Source: a virus | Lineage: Duplodnaviria > Caudoviricetes | Virus record (IMG/VR): IMGVR_UViG_3300020577_007794 | Reading direction: 5' to 3' (one strand) | Length of the DNA: 64,000 bases | Shown here: positions 35,737 through 46,533 of the stretch, piece after piece | Layout: the number at the start of each line of letters is the position of its first letter | Position numbering within the stretch: the stretch's first letter is position 1 | Notes under the pieces: generated by a model | Seen by the model: only the letters and a program-made list of their open reading frames with translations | Database searches by the model: none | Told to the model about the DNA's origin: nothing | Position numbers and translations under genes: made by a program

Positions 35737-36675
35737 ATGGCTGACGAACCAATCACTAACAGAGACACAATAAAGCGTACTCCCCGAACAGACTCAAGAA
35801 GTTTTGTCTGGGCTAGAGATAGGAAAGTACCAAAAGACTTCTCAGGTGCTAAGGATTTATCCTTTGCCAATCTTCATGCTTACGCTGTAATTCCCGCAAG
35901 GATTGCTGGAAAGATACAGATGGCTGAAGTTGAACTGCCATCACTGACCCTTGTCGGCCTGTCTACACACCGGGATACTTTTCCTGTTGTGTCGTCAGGC
36001 CGTCGTGGTATTAAGGGCTTCACAACTGGACACGCAGTAGTTGCTGGTTCTCTTGGATTCACCATAACTGATGAAGCCCCTTTTGCTCCACTTCTCAGGG
36101 CATACGCAACCTATATAGGTAATGCAACTTACGCTGAGAGTTTTATGCCAAATGAACTTCCCCCATTTGATCTTGTTTGCGTATTTAAAGATGACAAGAT
36201 AAGAGATGGGGCCATGGGGTTTAAAATTAGTGGAATTAAGATTCTTGACAGCTCAACTGTTATAGGGGTTGATAATTTAGTCATCAACTACACCTACTCA
36301 TTTATGGCTATGAGAGTAACGGAAATGATGAACTTAGACCAAGTTCAAATATCCTATGAAGAGAATCCTAACTATATAAATCAGGACAGAGTAAGTAGGA
36401 GATCTAATCCCCCCAGGTTAAAACTTTCCTTTAACTGGGTTAGCAGCAACTCCGATACCTTCGAAAACTACGATTTTGGTTTCAATGACGACATAGTAAC
36501 TATCCCAGATGATGAAGATTCTTCCTCAGATAGTGACTATGAGTTCGGCATTATATCAGCAGACCCAGGAGTCAACAGATCTCTAAGTGGTTCAAGTGGT
36601 GCTGCTACAGCTGCAGACTCAGGCAGCAGCACTGATTTAGGGGCAGCGGCCCCAGGAGCTGTTTATCCATGGTAG
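35737..36675 (+). CDS. tube-like protein 2 (baseplate/tube initiator)
   Basis: GHAVVAGSLGF and NELPPFDLV, paralogous to the tube. Confidence 0.75.
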   Translation: MADEPITNRDTIKRTPRTDSRSFVWARDRKVPKDFSGAKDLSFANLHAYAVIPARIAGKIQMAEVELPSLTLVGLSTHRDTFPVVSSGRRGIKGFTTGHAVVAGSLGFTITDEAPFAPLLRAYATYIGNATYAESFMPNELPPFDLVCVFKDDKIRDGAMGFKISGIKILDSSTVIGVDNLVINYTYSFMAMRVTEMMNLDQVQISYEENPNYINQDRVSRRSNPPRLKLSFNWVSSNSDTFENYDFGFNDDIVTIPDDEDSSSDSDYEFGIISADPGVNRSLSGSSGAATAADSGSSTDLGAAAPGAVYPW

Positions 36676-37514
36676 ATTCATCTTACGGCAGGTCTTCTTT
36701 TAACTACCCACAAAATCCTCTCTCAGGTGAGGAATGGAGTATTGTTGATAGATTTGATTCCAGCTATTGGAGTGGAAGGGAGGTTGTTTATTACTTTGAC
36801 AATGTAAGACTAGATGAAGTAATACAGCTTTCCTACCAAGTAGTTGAGAGAGCCACACCATTCTACGGCTACGCCAGTTATGTAGCTGATGTCATTGTTC
36901 ACGGTCAACGACTAATAAGTGGGGAAATTACCATGAACTTTAAGCGGGATGGCTATATTTTCAGCCTTCTTAACCTTCTCAGAAGTGAAGATCCTGGCTC
37001 AATCTGGGCAAACTTAGGGCAAGCTTCCGACCAGACAGGTAAGAAAACAGATTGGGGTAACAATACCTCCCCTTCCGCAGCAGCAGCTTCCCTTAAGTCG
37101 GGGAGCCTTAGCCCAGCGCAGTTGAAGAAGGTTGTTCAGGAAAGATACCAACAAGAGATTGGTTCTGGTTCTGCCAGCAACTATCCTTCTGTAGTAGAGA
37201 CAGCAGGTGGCCTTTATGCTACAAGGAAAAAAGGTTTTGACATCAATATTATATTTGGAGCAGATCTTAGAAGTGAACTTGCTCTACGATATGATGGGAA
37301 CTCCGGGGCATACGCTGATATTATCAGAGTACCCTCAGAACAAGTGACTGATAACATTGCTACTGGTGTAAAGATTATTGGGGCTAGTATTTCTGGTAAG
37401 GGTAGAACTATTTCTGATGATGGTAGACCTGTAGCAGAAACTTTCACTTTTACTGCTAGAGATCTCGTTATACTGAACCCTGAAGATATTGACTCCCAAA
37501 GTATTTCACCTTAA
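36669..37514 (+). CDS. tube-like protein 3
   Basis: GQRLISGEITMNF, GFDINIIFG and ETFTFTARD. Confidence 0.72.
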   Translation: MVDSSYGRSSFNYPQNPLSGEEWSIVDRFDSSYWSGREVVYYFDNVRLDEVIQLSYQVVERATPFYGYASYVADVIVHGQRLISGEITMNFKRDGYIFSLLNLLRSEDPGSIWANLGQASDQTGKKTDWGNNTSPSAAAASLKSGSLSPAQLKKVVQERYQQEIGSGSASNYPSVVETAGGLYATRKKGFDINIIFGADLRSELALRYDGNSGAYADIIRVPSEQVTDNIATGVKIIGASISGKGRTISDDGRPVAETFTFTARDLVILNPEDIDSQSISP

Positions 37515-37525
37515 GGTAAATTTCC

Positions 37526-38215
37526 ATGCACAGAAAAGGCAAAATTACAGAAAAAGAAATTACAGAACTAAAAAGAGCGTGGCCAGGTGTGCCTTTGTTT
37601 AAGTTCGCTCTCCCTCAAGCACCGAATGATGAGTTTGTGTGCAGCACAATTTCTACTAAAACAGCTGGAAAGATTGCTGTTCTACGCGATGATGCTGCTA
37701 GGCAAAATAAACCTATCCCAGTTGACGATATTAATAGAAAGCTGTACGATGAGTGTGTTTTTTGGCCAAGTTTGACTCTCGAAGAAATCGAAGGTCTGCC
37801 AGTAGGTGTTATTCCGAGTCTATGTAAGATAGTTCAGGAAAGATCTGGTTATATAAGCATTGACATTCATGGAAGAATCTTGGCACCAGACTTCTCTTCC
37901 ACTAACGTAGCACCTTTCCCAGGTTGGGGAGATATATCCAAGGAAGAACTAGAAGAAGTCAAGAAGATTTTTCCGTACTCTCTTTATAGAGTTAAGCTCG
38001 AGCACTTAGTCTTTCTTATCAGACCTATGACTAGAACAGACCTCAGGATATCTATGCAAGCAGTAGATGATCAGATATCTTTGATTAAATCAATCACTGT
38101 TTGGCCTAAGGAAGTTGACTGGGAAAACATGCCGTCTGGTTGGATTGAAACACTAGGAAAAGTAGCAACTGAGATTAGTGGTTGGGAAGCTAACGTTTCT
38201 GTAGAAGAAATCTAA
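37526..38215 (+). CDS. tail assembly chaperone with internal duplication
   Basis: Position; two repeats of I.EKE..E.K...P...V.WP......P.G....L.......SG. Confidence 0.65.
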   Translation: MHRKGKITEKEITELKRAWPGVPLFKFALPQAPNDEFVCSTISTKTAGKIAVLRDDAARQNKPIPVDDINRKLYDECVFWPSLTLEEIEGLPVGVIPSLCKIVQERSGYISIDIHGRILAPDFSSTNVAPFPGWGDISKEELEEVKKIFPYSLYRVKLEHLVFLIRPMTRTDLRISMQAVDDQISLIKSITVWPKEVDWENMPSGWIETLGKVATEISGWEANVSVEEI

Positions 38216-38219
38216 GAGA

Positions 38220-38792
38220 ATGAATCTCGATAGAAGATATAGATGGTTTAAGGTAAATCTTCTTGGACCTAATCGGGAACGAAAAGATTACGTCTTTAGG
38301 GGGATGACTTCTGGAGAACTAACCATTGCTGGCTCTAAAGAGGGGGAGTTTGAAGCTGAGAGCTTTATTCTCTCCCAATGCGTTGTAAATTACAACGAAG
38401 ACATTGAATGGGCTGGAACTTCTAAGACTCTCTATGATCTGATAATGAACATATCAGGTCTAGATGAGGATTGTAGAACTCTAAGGGAAGCACAGAAATG
38501 GATGCATCACGAAGAGGGTAAATATGAAGCTGTAGCTATTTCTATGATACCCAGCTGTACCCCAGAGATAATGAGAAATTGTGACCCCAGTGATAGAGCA
38601 AAATATCTTCTTCTTGGCAAGTTTATGTTTACATCAATTTACGGGAAAGAAGTTGATGAATTGTTTGGGGAAGCTGCTACAGCTCCTAACAATCTAGAAG
38701 ATGCGTTCTTTACAAATCCTGAAGTGCCTACTCCAGGAAGAAATGAAAAAGTTACTTTTGTAGAAGGTGGCTTCAATTGGAAGAAGTCATAG
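38220..38792 (+). CDS. tail assembly chaperone 2
   Basis: YVFRGMT...CVV...AG...L...I..ISG, related to the previous gene. Confidence 0.6.
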   Translation: MNLDRRYRWFKVNLLGPNRERKDYVFRGMTSGELTIAGSKEGEFEAESFILSQCVVNYNEDIEWAGTSKTLYDLIMNISGLDEDCRTLREAQKWMHHEEGKYEAVAISMIPSCTPEIMRNCDPSDRAKYLLLGKFMFTSIYGKEVDELFGEAATAPNNLEDAFFTNPEVPTPGRNEKVTFVEGGFNWKKS

Positions 38793-38801
38793 TAACGGAC
38801 A

Positions 38802-41800
38802 ATGTACCATAACGAGAAAGGTGAAGGGTTTACCGGTAAATTAGCAACCTTTGCTACTTTTGCAGGAATAACCGCAATAGCTCTAGGCTCCGCTCCTACA
38901 ATTGGGCGGAGCCTAGGACGTATTGGTGTATCACTAGCAAAGGATATTGCTGATAATCCTAGCATGTTTAAGTCAGTTCTAGGCCATGGTTCAGGCCTGA
39001 ACGAATCTAAACATGTTTTCTCAGATGTCTTCAACTTCATAGCAGATGAGCTTCCAAGATTAGATAACGTAATATACAGTGGTAATGCTCACACCACTAG
39101 AATGGAATCCATGCTTGACTCGTTAGCTTCTCATGTAGATGAAGCTAGTCAAGATATATTTAAATCAAAGAGGGGTGAAATTGGGGACGCTCTGCATAGT
39201 TTGGTCAAAGGTGTTGAAAAAGACAACATTGATAAACTTATGTCGGACACCCTTTTTAACAGATTTATAGAATCTTCTCAAGGGGTCCAATTCAAGTTCA
39301 TGGACCAAAAAGCTGCCACTGCTGGGGAGAAGATACTCAAGCAAAGACAGGAACTCACCCAAATCTTATCAGGTGCGTTGGAACGTGCAGAAACTGCGAG
39401 ATTCACAGCTAGTAGAACCTCAAAACAAATACTTAATACTGACAACAATCTGAATGTTGTCATGGATGCAGTCCACTCACATGTTGATCAATTAGAATCT
39501 ATAGGTTTAAGAAATCACCGGTGGATGGGTGATCAAGGGTTGACAAGACTCACAATTGGTGACATAACTATGGGTGGTGATGCTCATGATGCAGTAACTG
39601 AGTATCTCAAAAAGATTGGGGTGGATCATGAATACCACGGTAAAGCCCACCAATCACTTTTAGGGTTCATGGATGAACTAGATTTTAGTACCCTTGGTGC
39701 CAACGCAAAGTCAGATCTTATCTCTAAAATACACTCCCTAGATAGTGGGCTTGTTATGGATAAAGGGGGTAAGGTCTTTTCTATGGCCCACCCATTTAAC
39801 ATAGCAAAGGCCACTGCCTCTAGAACCTTACAAAATTTCCAAATACCACTAGTTCCAGGTGTCTTTAATATTCCAGGAACCCTTGGTAAATTCATGGCAC
39901 CAGATCTCGAAGGTATTAAATACCTTGGTAAAATGGGTATGCAGGGTGAGTTGAGAAGGGCTGGGGCGTTGTCTGGTCTCTCAGAAGATGCGTTTGGTGT
40001 AGCAATTGGTGACAGACTTATTGCCTTTGATGGTGATACAGCAAAGCATATAAATATAAAGGCCAACTTTATTAACACCTCTGCCTCAGAACATGCTAAA
40101 GAATTCGCTAGAAGTAGGGGTCAGGATGTTGAAGATCTTTTCGGTTCGTTTAAGGATTCTGTTGATGATGATGGAATTCTAAAAGCTGCATGGAATTACG
40201 TAAAGAAGAACGACGAACATTCTCACACCTTCCTTCAAAAAACATTGTTCGGTAGACAGAATGAGCTTTTTGACTTAGCATATACTGACAATGGGTTCAC
40301 ACTAGTTCCAAAAAATAATATTGGGGATGCAGGTGTGGCGGCAGCTCTTCATTCTGTCGGCAAGCTATCTGGGCTTGACTCTTCGGCCATAAACCCAATT
40401 TTGATGTCACGGTTCTTGGAGAACGGTGGGGTAGAAAATCTTCCTGGTTCAGCTTTACAAGATGCCTACAGACAGGTTTTCACACATGCATCAGCAGCAA
40501 ATGTTGACAGCAGTGCTTTTCTTAAACAAGCTGCTGATAAACTAAATTTCGATTCGTATGGTGAGTATGGCTCCCAGATTCAAGAACTGCTTAAAAACTC
40601 TAATGACCCAGCAGCTTTGCTTCATGCCATCACTACAGATAGCGGTAATGGCAGTCTTTTAGATAACTATAGCACCATCTCAAAGAACATCTCTCCAGAA
40701 TTATCAAGAGCTATAGCTGCAGTTGGGGAAAACAGTGATAGGCTTATGCAAATTGGTCCTAACCCTTCGGGACTGTTTGATAAGCTGAGAGATGGTGTAA
40801 TAGGTACAGACACACTTTCATCTCTCCACCTTCAGTTGCAGAAAGGTTTGGTTTCAGAAACTGTTCGACTTTCTGGTATTAATGAACTCACAACTCTATC
40901 AGGAAAGTCTCTCAATGAAACCTTAGACATACTGCACACCAACTCTGACCCTGCCTTAAGAAGAGCAGTCGCAGAAAAATTAGGATTAAAGTCATCATCT
41001 GATATTGGCTCTATAATTGACACCCTTAAAGAGGGGTTGGGAAGTGACACTTATGGAGATATTGGAAGACTTGTTTCTCCTATGGCGGATTTTGAGTCCC
41101 TGTTCGGAATGTCAAACGAACCTCTTGTTAAGGCTAAAATAGCTGAAGCAGCTAGAGTAGACTCTGTACTGGCAGCATATTACAGCAAGAATTACGAATC
41201 TCATAGTAAGATCATGGAAGGGTTGGCAAGGGGTGCCAATGTATCTGAGGCTGTGGCTAAGAGATTTGGTCTAGGTGGCGCAAACTTTACACCGGCAGAG
41301 TTTGATAATGTTCCTAAATTCTACGCTACAATCAAGACAGGTGATTTTGGGCCAGTGGAGCCTGGGTTTGGTTTCCTAAATCAACTAAAAGATTATGCCT
41401 CCAGTATAAATGCAGGTAGTTTTGCTCGTGGACTAGTTGACCCTAACGAGCCTATGTCTCACGCAGGGTTTGTGACTAATATTCTAATGCACATGCCTCA
41501 ATCTGTAGGTAATGCTGTAGGGCTTGGTCTTAGTTCACAAGAAGGTTTAACAGTAGGTAGATCTGTAGCAGGATTTGCTGTAAAAAGAGTTCTCCCTGCT
41601 TTTGTAGCATTAGAGATTTACAAAAACTACAATGCAGACATGCACAATATGGGTATGCCTGGTGTTGATGATATGGCTGGCAATGCGTATGCTAATGTAG
41701 GTTTAGCAAAAGCCAGAGTATTCGATGCTTTAGGTTTGACTGGTGCTTTAAAAGGATTAGTTGGAGCAGTGCCAGGTCTTGACCAATACGGCCACCCTAA

Positions 41801-44800
41801 ATCAGAAGAAGAGTTCAATGAAGAATTGTTTTACGGAGATGAGGCTGTACGTCGAGGAAGATTCTTTGTCATTGGCAGTAGAACCCCATTCACTGGTGGT
41901 GCAGTAGAGTATTTAAGACCCAACTTCTATAGAAGAATGAAGGCTCACTGGACAGAAGCTAGCAACGTCCAGCTTTCTAATCCCAAATACTCATTCCTTC
42001 CAACAATAACAAACCCACTTGCACCAATAAACAGGCTTCTCCATTCTGATTGGCAGGAGGAGTTAACTGAAGAAGATAGGCCTTATATGACAGGCAATCA
42101 ACTTCATGAGTTCCTTAACAACCAGCATCCTGGAGTTTATTTTGAGAATGCTCCGGTCGGTGGAGACGGTAATATTGGTTATATCAGTTACGGGGCTGGC
42201 CTACCAACCACTGTAAAGGCGTTTAGAGGCCTTTCTGGGGGCTTTAGCGGGGCGGGGGGTCCTGGAGGACCTGATTCTGGTTTTGGTGGCTCTACGGGCT
42301 TCTCAGGGGGCAGTGGGGGCGGCTCTGGTGGCAATACCCTAGGTAATGCTTATTATGAGCCTGGCACTGCTAAAATCAAGATTGGTAACAGAAAAGATAT
42401 ACCAGTAGATGCCCTTGAGAGAGATGGACTTCTATCTTATCTAGGAAGTATGGGTGAGGAGGCTACCAGACACATGGGGCTGTATGGTGGTATTCTAAGA
42501 AACTCCCCACTCAAATATGAACATGAAGGTATAGAAGTACAGGACCCAGAAGTAGCCTTTTCTAATAAAAGACTGTTCTTTAGTGGAGAATTTGGTGAAC
42601 TTACTGGCCCTGTTGGTGAATTTTACAGAAGGTTTATCTCAGAAGAGCATCAGTCTTTTGATGCGTTTAACCCTCTCCCAAACAGAATGCCAAGCTGGGT
42701 GCCTCAAAGATTCAGAACTGGTGACCCGTATATGCGAGTCTCTCATGGTGAATTCAATCTCCCAGGCGATGCCTATGAGCGACTCCACCCATACACTAGA
42801 CCTTTAAAAGCTAGAGGCTCTATGATTGGTCTTGAAAAGGATGAGATTGTAGCTAAAATGCTTGACCCAGTTGGTGCATACGAATCCGAGTCAGCAGAAG
42901 ACATAATGGGTTATGGTACGGCTACGCACAAACGTATCATGAGACAGCTTAGCAAGACTGGGATGATGGTGGGTGCTGAAGTTGCTGGATACGATCCAGT
43001 GCATAATATTTCAGCTACAATCGAAACTGTTATGAGAGGGCAGTCTGGTCTTGAAGTTGTAGAAATTAAAACCAGAGGTAATGAAACATTTAACACAGAC
43101 CCTGAAAAGTACGTTGATCAGTTGATGTTTTACATGTACCTTACCGGTGCAAAGCAAGGAAAAATTGCTCACGTTAATCGTGACAACCCCAACCAAGTCA
43201 GATTTGCAACATACAAATATGATGAAAATAGGATGCAAGCTGTTTTTGAAAGGGTGGAAGAGGCAAGGGGTGAGATCAGGGAAATGGTAGAAAAGGGGAT
43301 AGTTTCCCCCTACGAAACCTACGATCTTCTTTCTAGAATTGAAATCTTAGCTAAGACAGCCCCAGACTCTCCTGAATTTAGGGAGTATGTACACCATGCG
43401 CAGACTAAGGGTGGCTTTGGTGGTATGGAACAGGTTCGATTTGAACGTGCTATAAAATCGGCTCAACTTCTTAGAGAAGACTTTAACATCTATCCGTATA
43501 GAAACGTACCTACTGAAACTCGTGCTGCTAGAGTTAGGGGATTTACGGATGAAGGTGAAATTGTCACCAATATGGGTGTCATTAAGCTCGCCGGTGTGAA
43601 GTGGGATAAACAAGCTTTTACCATGCAAGACCCTGAAGATCTTATGTCTCAGTATGGAATTGTAGCAGGAAAAAGCATAAACATCACCCTTCCACAAGGA
43701 GGTTTTAATCCTGAGGTTATGGAAGATGTTACTACGTCTGCTTTGGTGGGTAATGTAAATAGCCGATTGATTCATTCCCAATATGCAGACCCAGACTATG
43801 CCGATAAATCAGCCATGGGTTCCCTTGCTAGGCAGGACAAATTAAACAGTCTTTTAGAGAAACTCCTTCACTCAGATAATGTTATCAGCAATAAATGGCT
43901 GAGGGTGAGGAGTGGTCTTGAGCAGTTTGAGCGAGGTGAAGTTTTCGGCACTGAGAACCAATCTTATAGAGATCTTTGGGGCAATTATATAGAACCAACA
44001 TTCAATATGGTCGTCTCCAAGAACCCTATTACTGCTGCTCTTCAAGGCGGTATTGTTACCTCTTTCTTCGTTAAAGGAAGGGCGGCGAAGGGTAAAGCTG
44101 CTTTGATTGGTGGTGCAGTAGCAGGATTGATATCTACAGGTAGGTTGGCCTATCAAGCTGTGACTGGAGAGACCCAAGTACCCCATAGATACAGGGCTCA
44201 GACAGAATTTGATGAGTACTACGACCTATTAAATTACATAAAACAGGCATCTCTGGGGGCGTCTGCGCAAAATCATGTCTATAAAAAGGATAAAACAATG
44301 AAAGATCAATTGGATTATTCAAATGTAAGTAGAACAAGAGAACAGGTGGATGCCTTCGGGGTGCTGGCTCTAGAGGCAGAAAGAAAAGCTAGACAAACTA
44401 TGTATGGCTTCGATGTAGTGAAAGGCACGTTGCAGGACGCACTAGCTGCTATACCACGACGACATAGACAGATAGCTGAGTCTGTAATTGTTGACGGGAC
44501 ACAGAGTGAAAAAGCTAAGTTCTATAACCTCCTTCCAAATTCGGAAAGAAGAGTATTAGGTAAGTTTCTCGGTAAACCACAAAGCTCTCTACCAAGTAAG
44601 CCTAGTCTCAATAACTACTTCAAGAATCACTTCCTTCCTGACGCTGACTGGTTGGGTTGGCACCGAAATGTTGACTTAGAAGACATAAAGACAAGAGCCG
44701 CAGCTTTAGAGAAGATGAAGATTGATCAACCATCAAGATCAAGAGTCAGTAAGGCTAGAGCTTATACCAGAGACATCCCAGTACCCAAAATGCACTCGAG

Positions 44801-44975
44801 TTCCCACAGCAGTATTAGTGGTCTACTACAGAGACTTTCTGCTTCAGGGAACATTGGAAGTACCAGGTTCACAACCTCATACCTTCCGACAACAGAAAGT
44901 GCGGTGACTGTGAACATGAAGTTCATAGACCAAAATACCCAAAAAACAGATGAACAAATAACATCACTGCTCTGA
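38802..44975 (+). CDS. giant tape-measure-position protein with TM segments and a PD-(D/E)XK-like domain
   Basis: Follows the chaperones; hydrophobic helices; GTATH...ATIET...VVEIKT...QLMFY. Confidence 0.7.
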   Translation: MYHNEKGEGFTGKLATFATFAGITAIALGSAPTIGRSLGRIGVSLAKDIADNPSMFKSVLGHGSGLNESKHVFSDVFNFIADELPRLDNVIYSGNAHTTRMESMLDSLASHVDEASQDIFKSKRGEIGDALHSLVKGVEKDNIDKLMSDTLFNRFIESSQGVQFKFMDQKAATAGEKILKQRQELTQILSGALERAETARFTASRTSKQILNTDNNLNVVMDAVHSHVDQLESIGLRNHRWMGDQGLTRLTIGDITMGGDAHDAVTEYLKKIGVDHEYHGKAHQSLLGFMDELDFSTLGANAKSDLISKIHSLDSGLVMDKGGKVFSMAHPFNIAKATASRTLQNFQIPLVPGVFNIPGTLGKFMAPDLEGIKYLGKMGMQGELRRAGALSGLSEDAFGVAIGDRLIAFDGDTAKHINIKANFINTSASEHAKEFARSRGQDVEDLFGSFKDSVDDDGILKAAWNYVKKNDEHSHTFLQKTLFGRQNELFDLAYTDNGFTLVPKNNIGDAGVAAALHSVGKLSGLDSSAINPILMSRFLENGGVENLPGSALQDAYRQVFTHASAANVDSSAFLKQAADKLNFDSYGEYGSQIQELLKNSNDPAALLHAITTDSGNGSLLDNYSTISKNISPELSRAIAAVGENSDRLMQIGPNPSGLFDKLRDGVIGTDTLSSLHLQLQKGLVSETVRLSGINELTTLSGKSLNETLDILHTNSDPALRRAVAEKLGLKSSSDIGSIIDTLKEGLGSDTYGDIGRLVSPMADFESLFGMSNEPLVKAKIAEAARVDSVLAAYYSKNYESHSKIMEGLARGANVSEAVAKRFGLGGANFTPAEFDNVPKFYATIKTGDFGPVEPGFGFLNQLKDYASSINAGSFARGLVDPNEPMSHAGFVTNILMHMPQSVGNAVGLGLSSQEGLTVGRSVAGFAVKRVLPAFVALEIYKNYNADMHNMGMPGVDDMAGNAYANVGLAKARVFDALGLTGALKGLVGAVPGLDQYGHPKSEEEFNEELFYGDEAVRRGRFFVIGSRTPFTGGAVEYLRPNFYRRMKAHWTEASNVQLSNPKYSFLPTITNPLAPINRLLHSDWQEELTEEDRPYMTGNQLHEFLNNQHPGVYFENAPVGGDGNIGYISYGAGLPTTVKAFRGLSGGFSGAGGPGGPDSGFGGSTGFSGGSGGGSGGNTLGNAYYEPGTAKIKIGNRKDIPVDALERDGLLSYLGSMGEEATRHMGLYGGILRNSPLKYEHEGIEVQDPEVAFSNKRLFFSGEFGELTGPVGEFYRRFISEEHQSFDAFNPLPNRMPSWVPQRFRTGDPYMRVSHGEFNLPGDAYERLHPYTRPLKARGSMIGLEKDEIVAKMLDPVGAYESESAEDIMGYGTATHKRIMRQLSKTGMMVGAEVAGYDPVHNISATIETVMRGQSGLEVVEIKTRGNETFNTDPEKYVDQLMFYMYLTGAKQGKIAHVNRDNPNQVRFATYKYDENRMQAVFERVEEARGEIREMVEKGIVSPYETYDLLSRIEILAKTAPDSPEFREYVHHAQTKGGFGGMEQVRFERAIKSAQLLREDFNIYPYRNVPTETRAARVRGFTDEGEIVTNMGVIKLAGVKWDKQAFTMQDPEDLMSQYGIVAGKSINITLPQGGFNPEVMEDVTTSALVGNVNSRLIHSQYADPDYADKSAMGSLARQDKLNSLLEKLLHSDNVISNKWLRVRSGLEQFERGEVFGTENQSYRDLWGNYIEPTFNMVVSKNPITAALQGGIVTSFFVKGRAAKGKAALIGGAVAGLISTGRLAYQAVTGETQVPHRYRAQTEFDEYYDLLNYIKQASLGASAQNHVYKKDKTMKDQLDYSNVSRTREQVDAFGVLALEAERKARQTMYGFDVVKGTLQDALAAIPRRHRQIAESVIVDGTQSEKAKFYNLLPNSERRVLGKFLGKPQSSLPSKPSLNNYFKNHFLPDADWLGWHRNVDLEDIKTRAAALEKMKIDQPSRSRVSKARAYTRDIPVPKMHSSSHSSISGLLQRLSASGNIGSTRFTTSYLPTTESAVTVNMKFIDQNTQKTDEQITSLL

Positions 44976-45049
44976 CGAGCAAACCATGCCTATGATATAT
45001 ATAGATACAACTAATTTTAATCAGCACAAAATTAAGTTAAGAAAAGCCT

Positions 45050-46192
45050 ATGTTAAATATTAAAACACCTAACCAATTTTTAGATCTAGCACTACAAAAC
45101 GGTATCCCCGATACCTTAGCTCATGATATTTATCAGAGAAAAGCTGCTAGCAAAACAGTAGATGACGTTCTAGCCAATGCAGTGCTTACAGGTTACTTCG
45201 ACAATATTGCTGAAGCAAGAAAGGCATATGCTTTAGTTTGGCGAGATTGGGTCCTACTAACAAAGTCTTCTGCTATTATGGAGGCTGGAAGTATCAAGAC
45301 ATCTTCTAGTTCCCAATCTTATATGGTTGCTGTCGAACCTGACAAGGAAAGTATTCTTGAAAGAGCTTACTCTGCATTAGAATCAATGATCGGCCCTTGT
45401 GGAACCACAGCTAAATCAAAGACAACTGCCAACAATAAGATTATTCTGGCATCAGACTTTCATTTACCATTTCTGCACAAGCCAACCCTTAATGCAATAA
45501 TGGCCTCGGATTCTGACCACTTAATCATAGCTGGTGACTTTATGGATATGTACTCTGCTTCGTCTCACAGACCAAGTATTGACTATCTAACAGCTACGGA
45601 AGAGATAGCTATTGCCAGAGCTACTCTTGAAATGTTGGCTAAGAAATTTAAGACTATCAAAATGATTTCAGGTAACCACGAGAATAGAGTTGTGAAAAAG
45701 ATTCAAAATCTTGCTCCACAACTTCAGCCTCTAGTTATCCACCCATTAAAGTTGATTAGCTACGGATTGGATAATGTTTCAGTTGAAAATCTAACAATCC
45801 CTAATACAGCACCTATGTCAGCTTTTGCAACAGACATTGACCTAGACTTCGCAATGGTTGAAAGCAATATGTTGGTGGGTCACTTTGAGGAGTTCTGTGG
45901 TGATGATGCCCCAGTTAAGTTGGAAGAGTGGTTGAATAAATTCTCTCACAAGCTTCCGTTTAAGGTATCTGACATCAAAGCAGTTTTTCAAGCGCATACA
46001 CATAGGCTAAATATGCGATACACCGCAACTGGTAGATTGCTGATTTCTACAGGTTGTGCTTGCGGAGTTCAGGAGTATGTGTGGAGACAGCATAGCAAGT
46101 ATTCTCCACCTACTCCAGGCTTCGTGGAACTTTTTTACGATGAAAAGGGAAATATTGACTTCCCCCAGACAAAACTAGTATATACAGGCTAA
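45050..46192 (+). CDS. calcineurin-like metallophosphoesterase
   Basis: SDFH, GDFMD, GNHE, VGH and AHTHR motifs. Confidence 0.92.
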   Translation: MLNIKTPNQFLDLALQNGIPDTLAHDIYQRKAASKTVDDVLANAVLTGYFDNIAEARKAYALVWRDWVLLTKSSAIMEAGSIKTSSSSQSYMVAVEPDKESILERAYSALESMIGPCGTTAKSKTTANNKIILASDFHLPFLHKPTLNAIMASDSDHLIIAGDFMDMYSASSHRPSIDYLTATEEIAIARATLEMLAKKFKTIKMISGNHENRVVKKIQNLAPQLQPLVIHPLKLISYGLDNVSVENLTIPNTAPMSAFATDIDLDFAMVESNMLVGHFEEFCGDDAPVKLEEWLNKFSHKLPFKVSDIKAVFQAHTHRLNMRYTATGRLLISTGCACGVQEYVWRQHSKYSPPTPGFVELFYDEKGNIDFPQTKLVYTG

Positions 46193-46503
46193 TGGAATCT
46201 ATAAGACAAGCACAGAAAGTGATTACCCCTGGAGAGAAATCTTCAGGGTATAATCGAAAATTCAACAACAGGTATGGTAGGTTGGATCAAAAGATCCCAG
46301 AATCAATAACAGAGAAAGCTATTTTGGACTCAATCGAACAAGATTTTAAGGACGGAAAGATCACAGAGAATGTGTATCTAAGAAAAAAGATTCTAGCCCA
46401 GGGAAAGGTTGCCAGCCTTTTATGGATTGCAACCACCAACAATATGGGGAAGAGCCCATATCCTAAACTATCTGGGAGACCAGTAAGGAATAGATCGCGC
46501 TAA
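46192..46503 (+). CDS. basic hypothetical protein
   Basis: TAATG coupling; 103 aa. Confidence 0.6.
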   Translation: MESIRQAQKVITPGEKSSGYNRKFNNRYGRLDQKIPESITEKAILDSIEQDFKDGKITENVYLRKKILAQGKVASLLWIATTNNMGKSPYPKLSGRPVRNRSR

Positions 46504-46533
46504 GTTTGCTCCTGTGTTATTGTTGTTCATGGT

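Noticed and set aside
42226-42330. G-rich stretch as a G-quadruplex or regulatory element
   Set aside because: Explained by a poly-Gly/Ser coding linker
42900-43290. Cas4 gene or CRISPR adaptation module
   Set aside because: No Fe-S cysteines and no cas1/cas2 or array; the domain is internal to a 2057-aa structural-module protein
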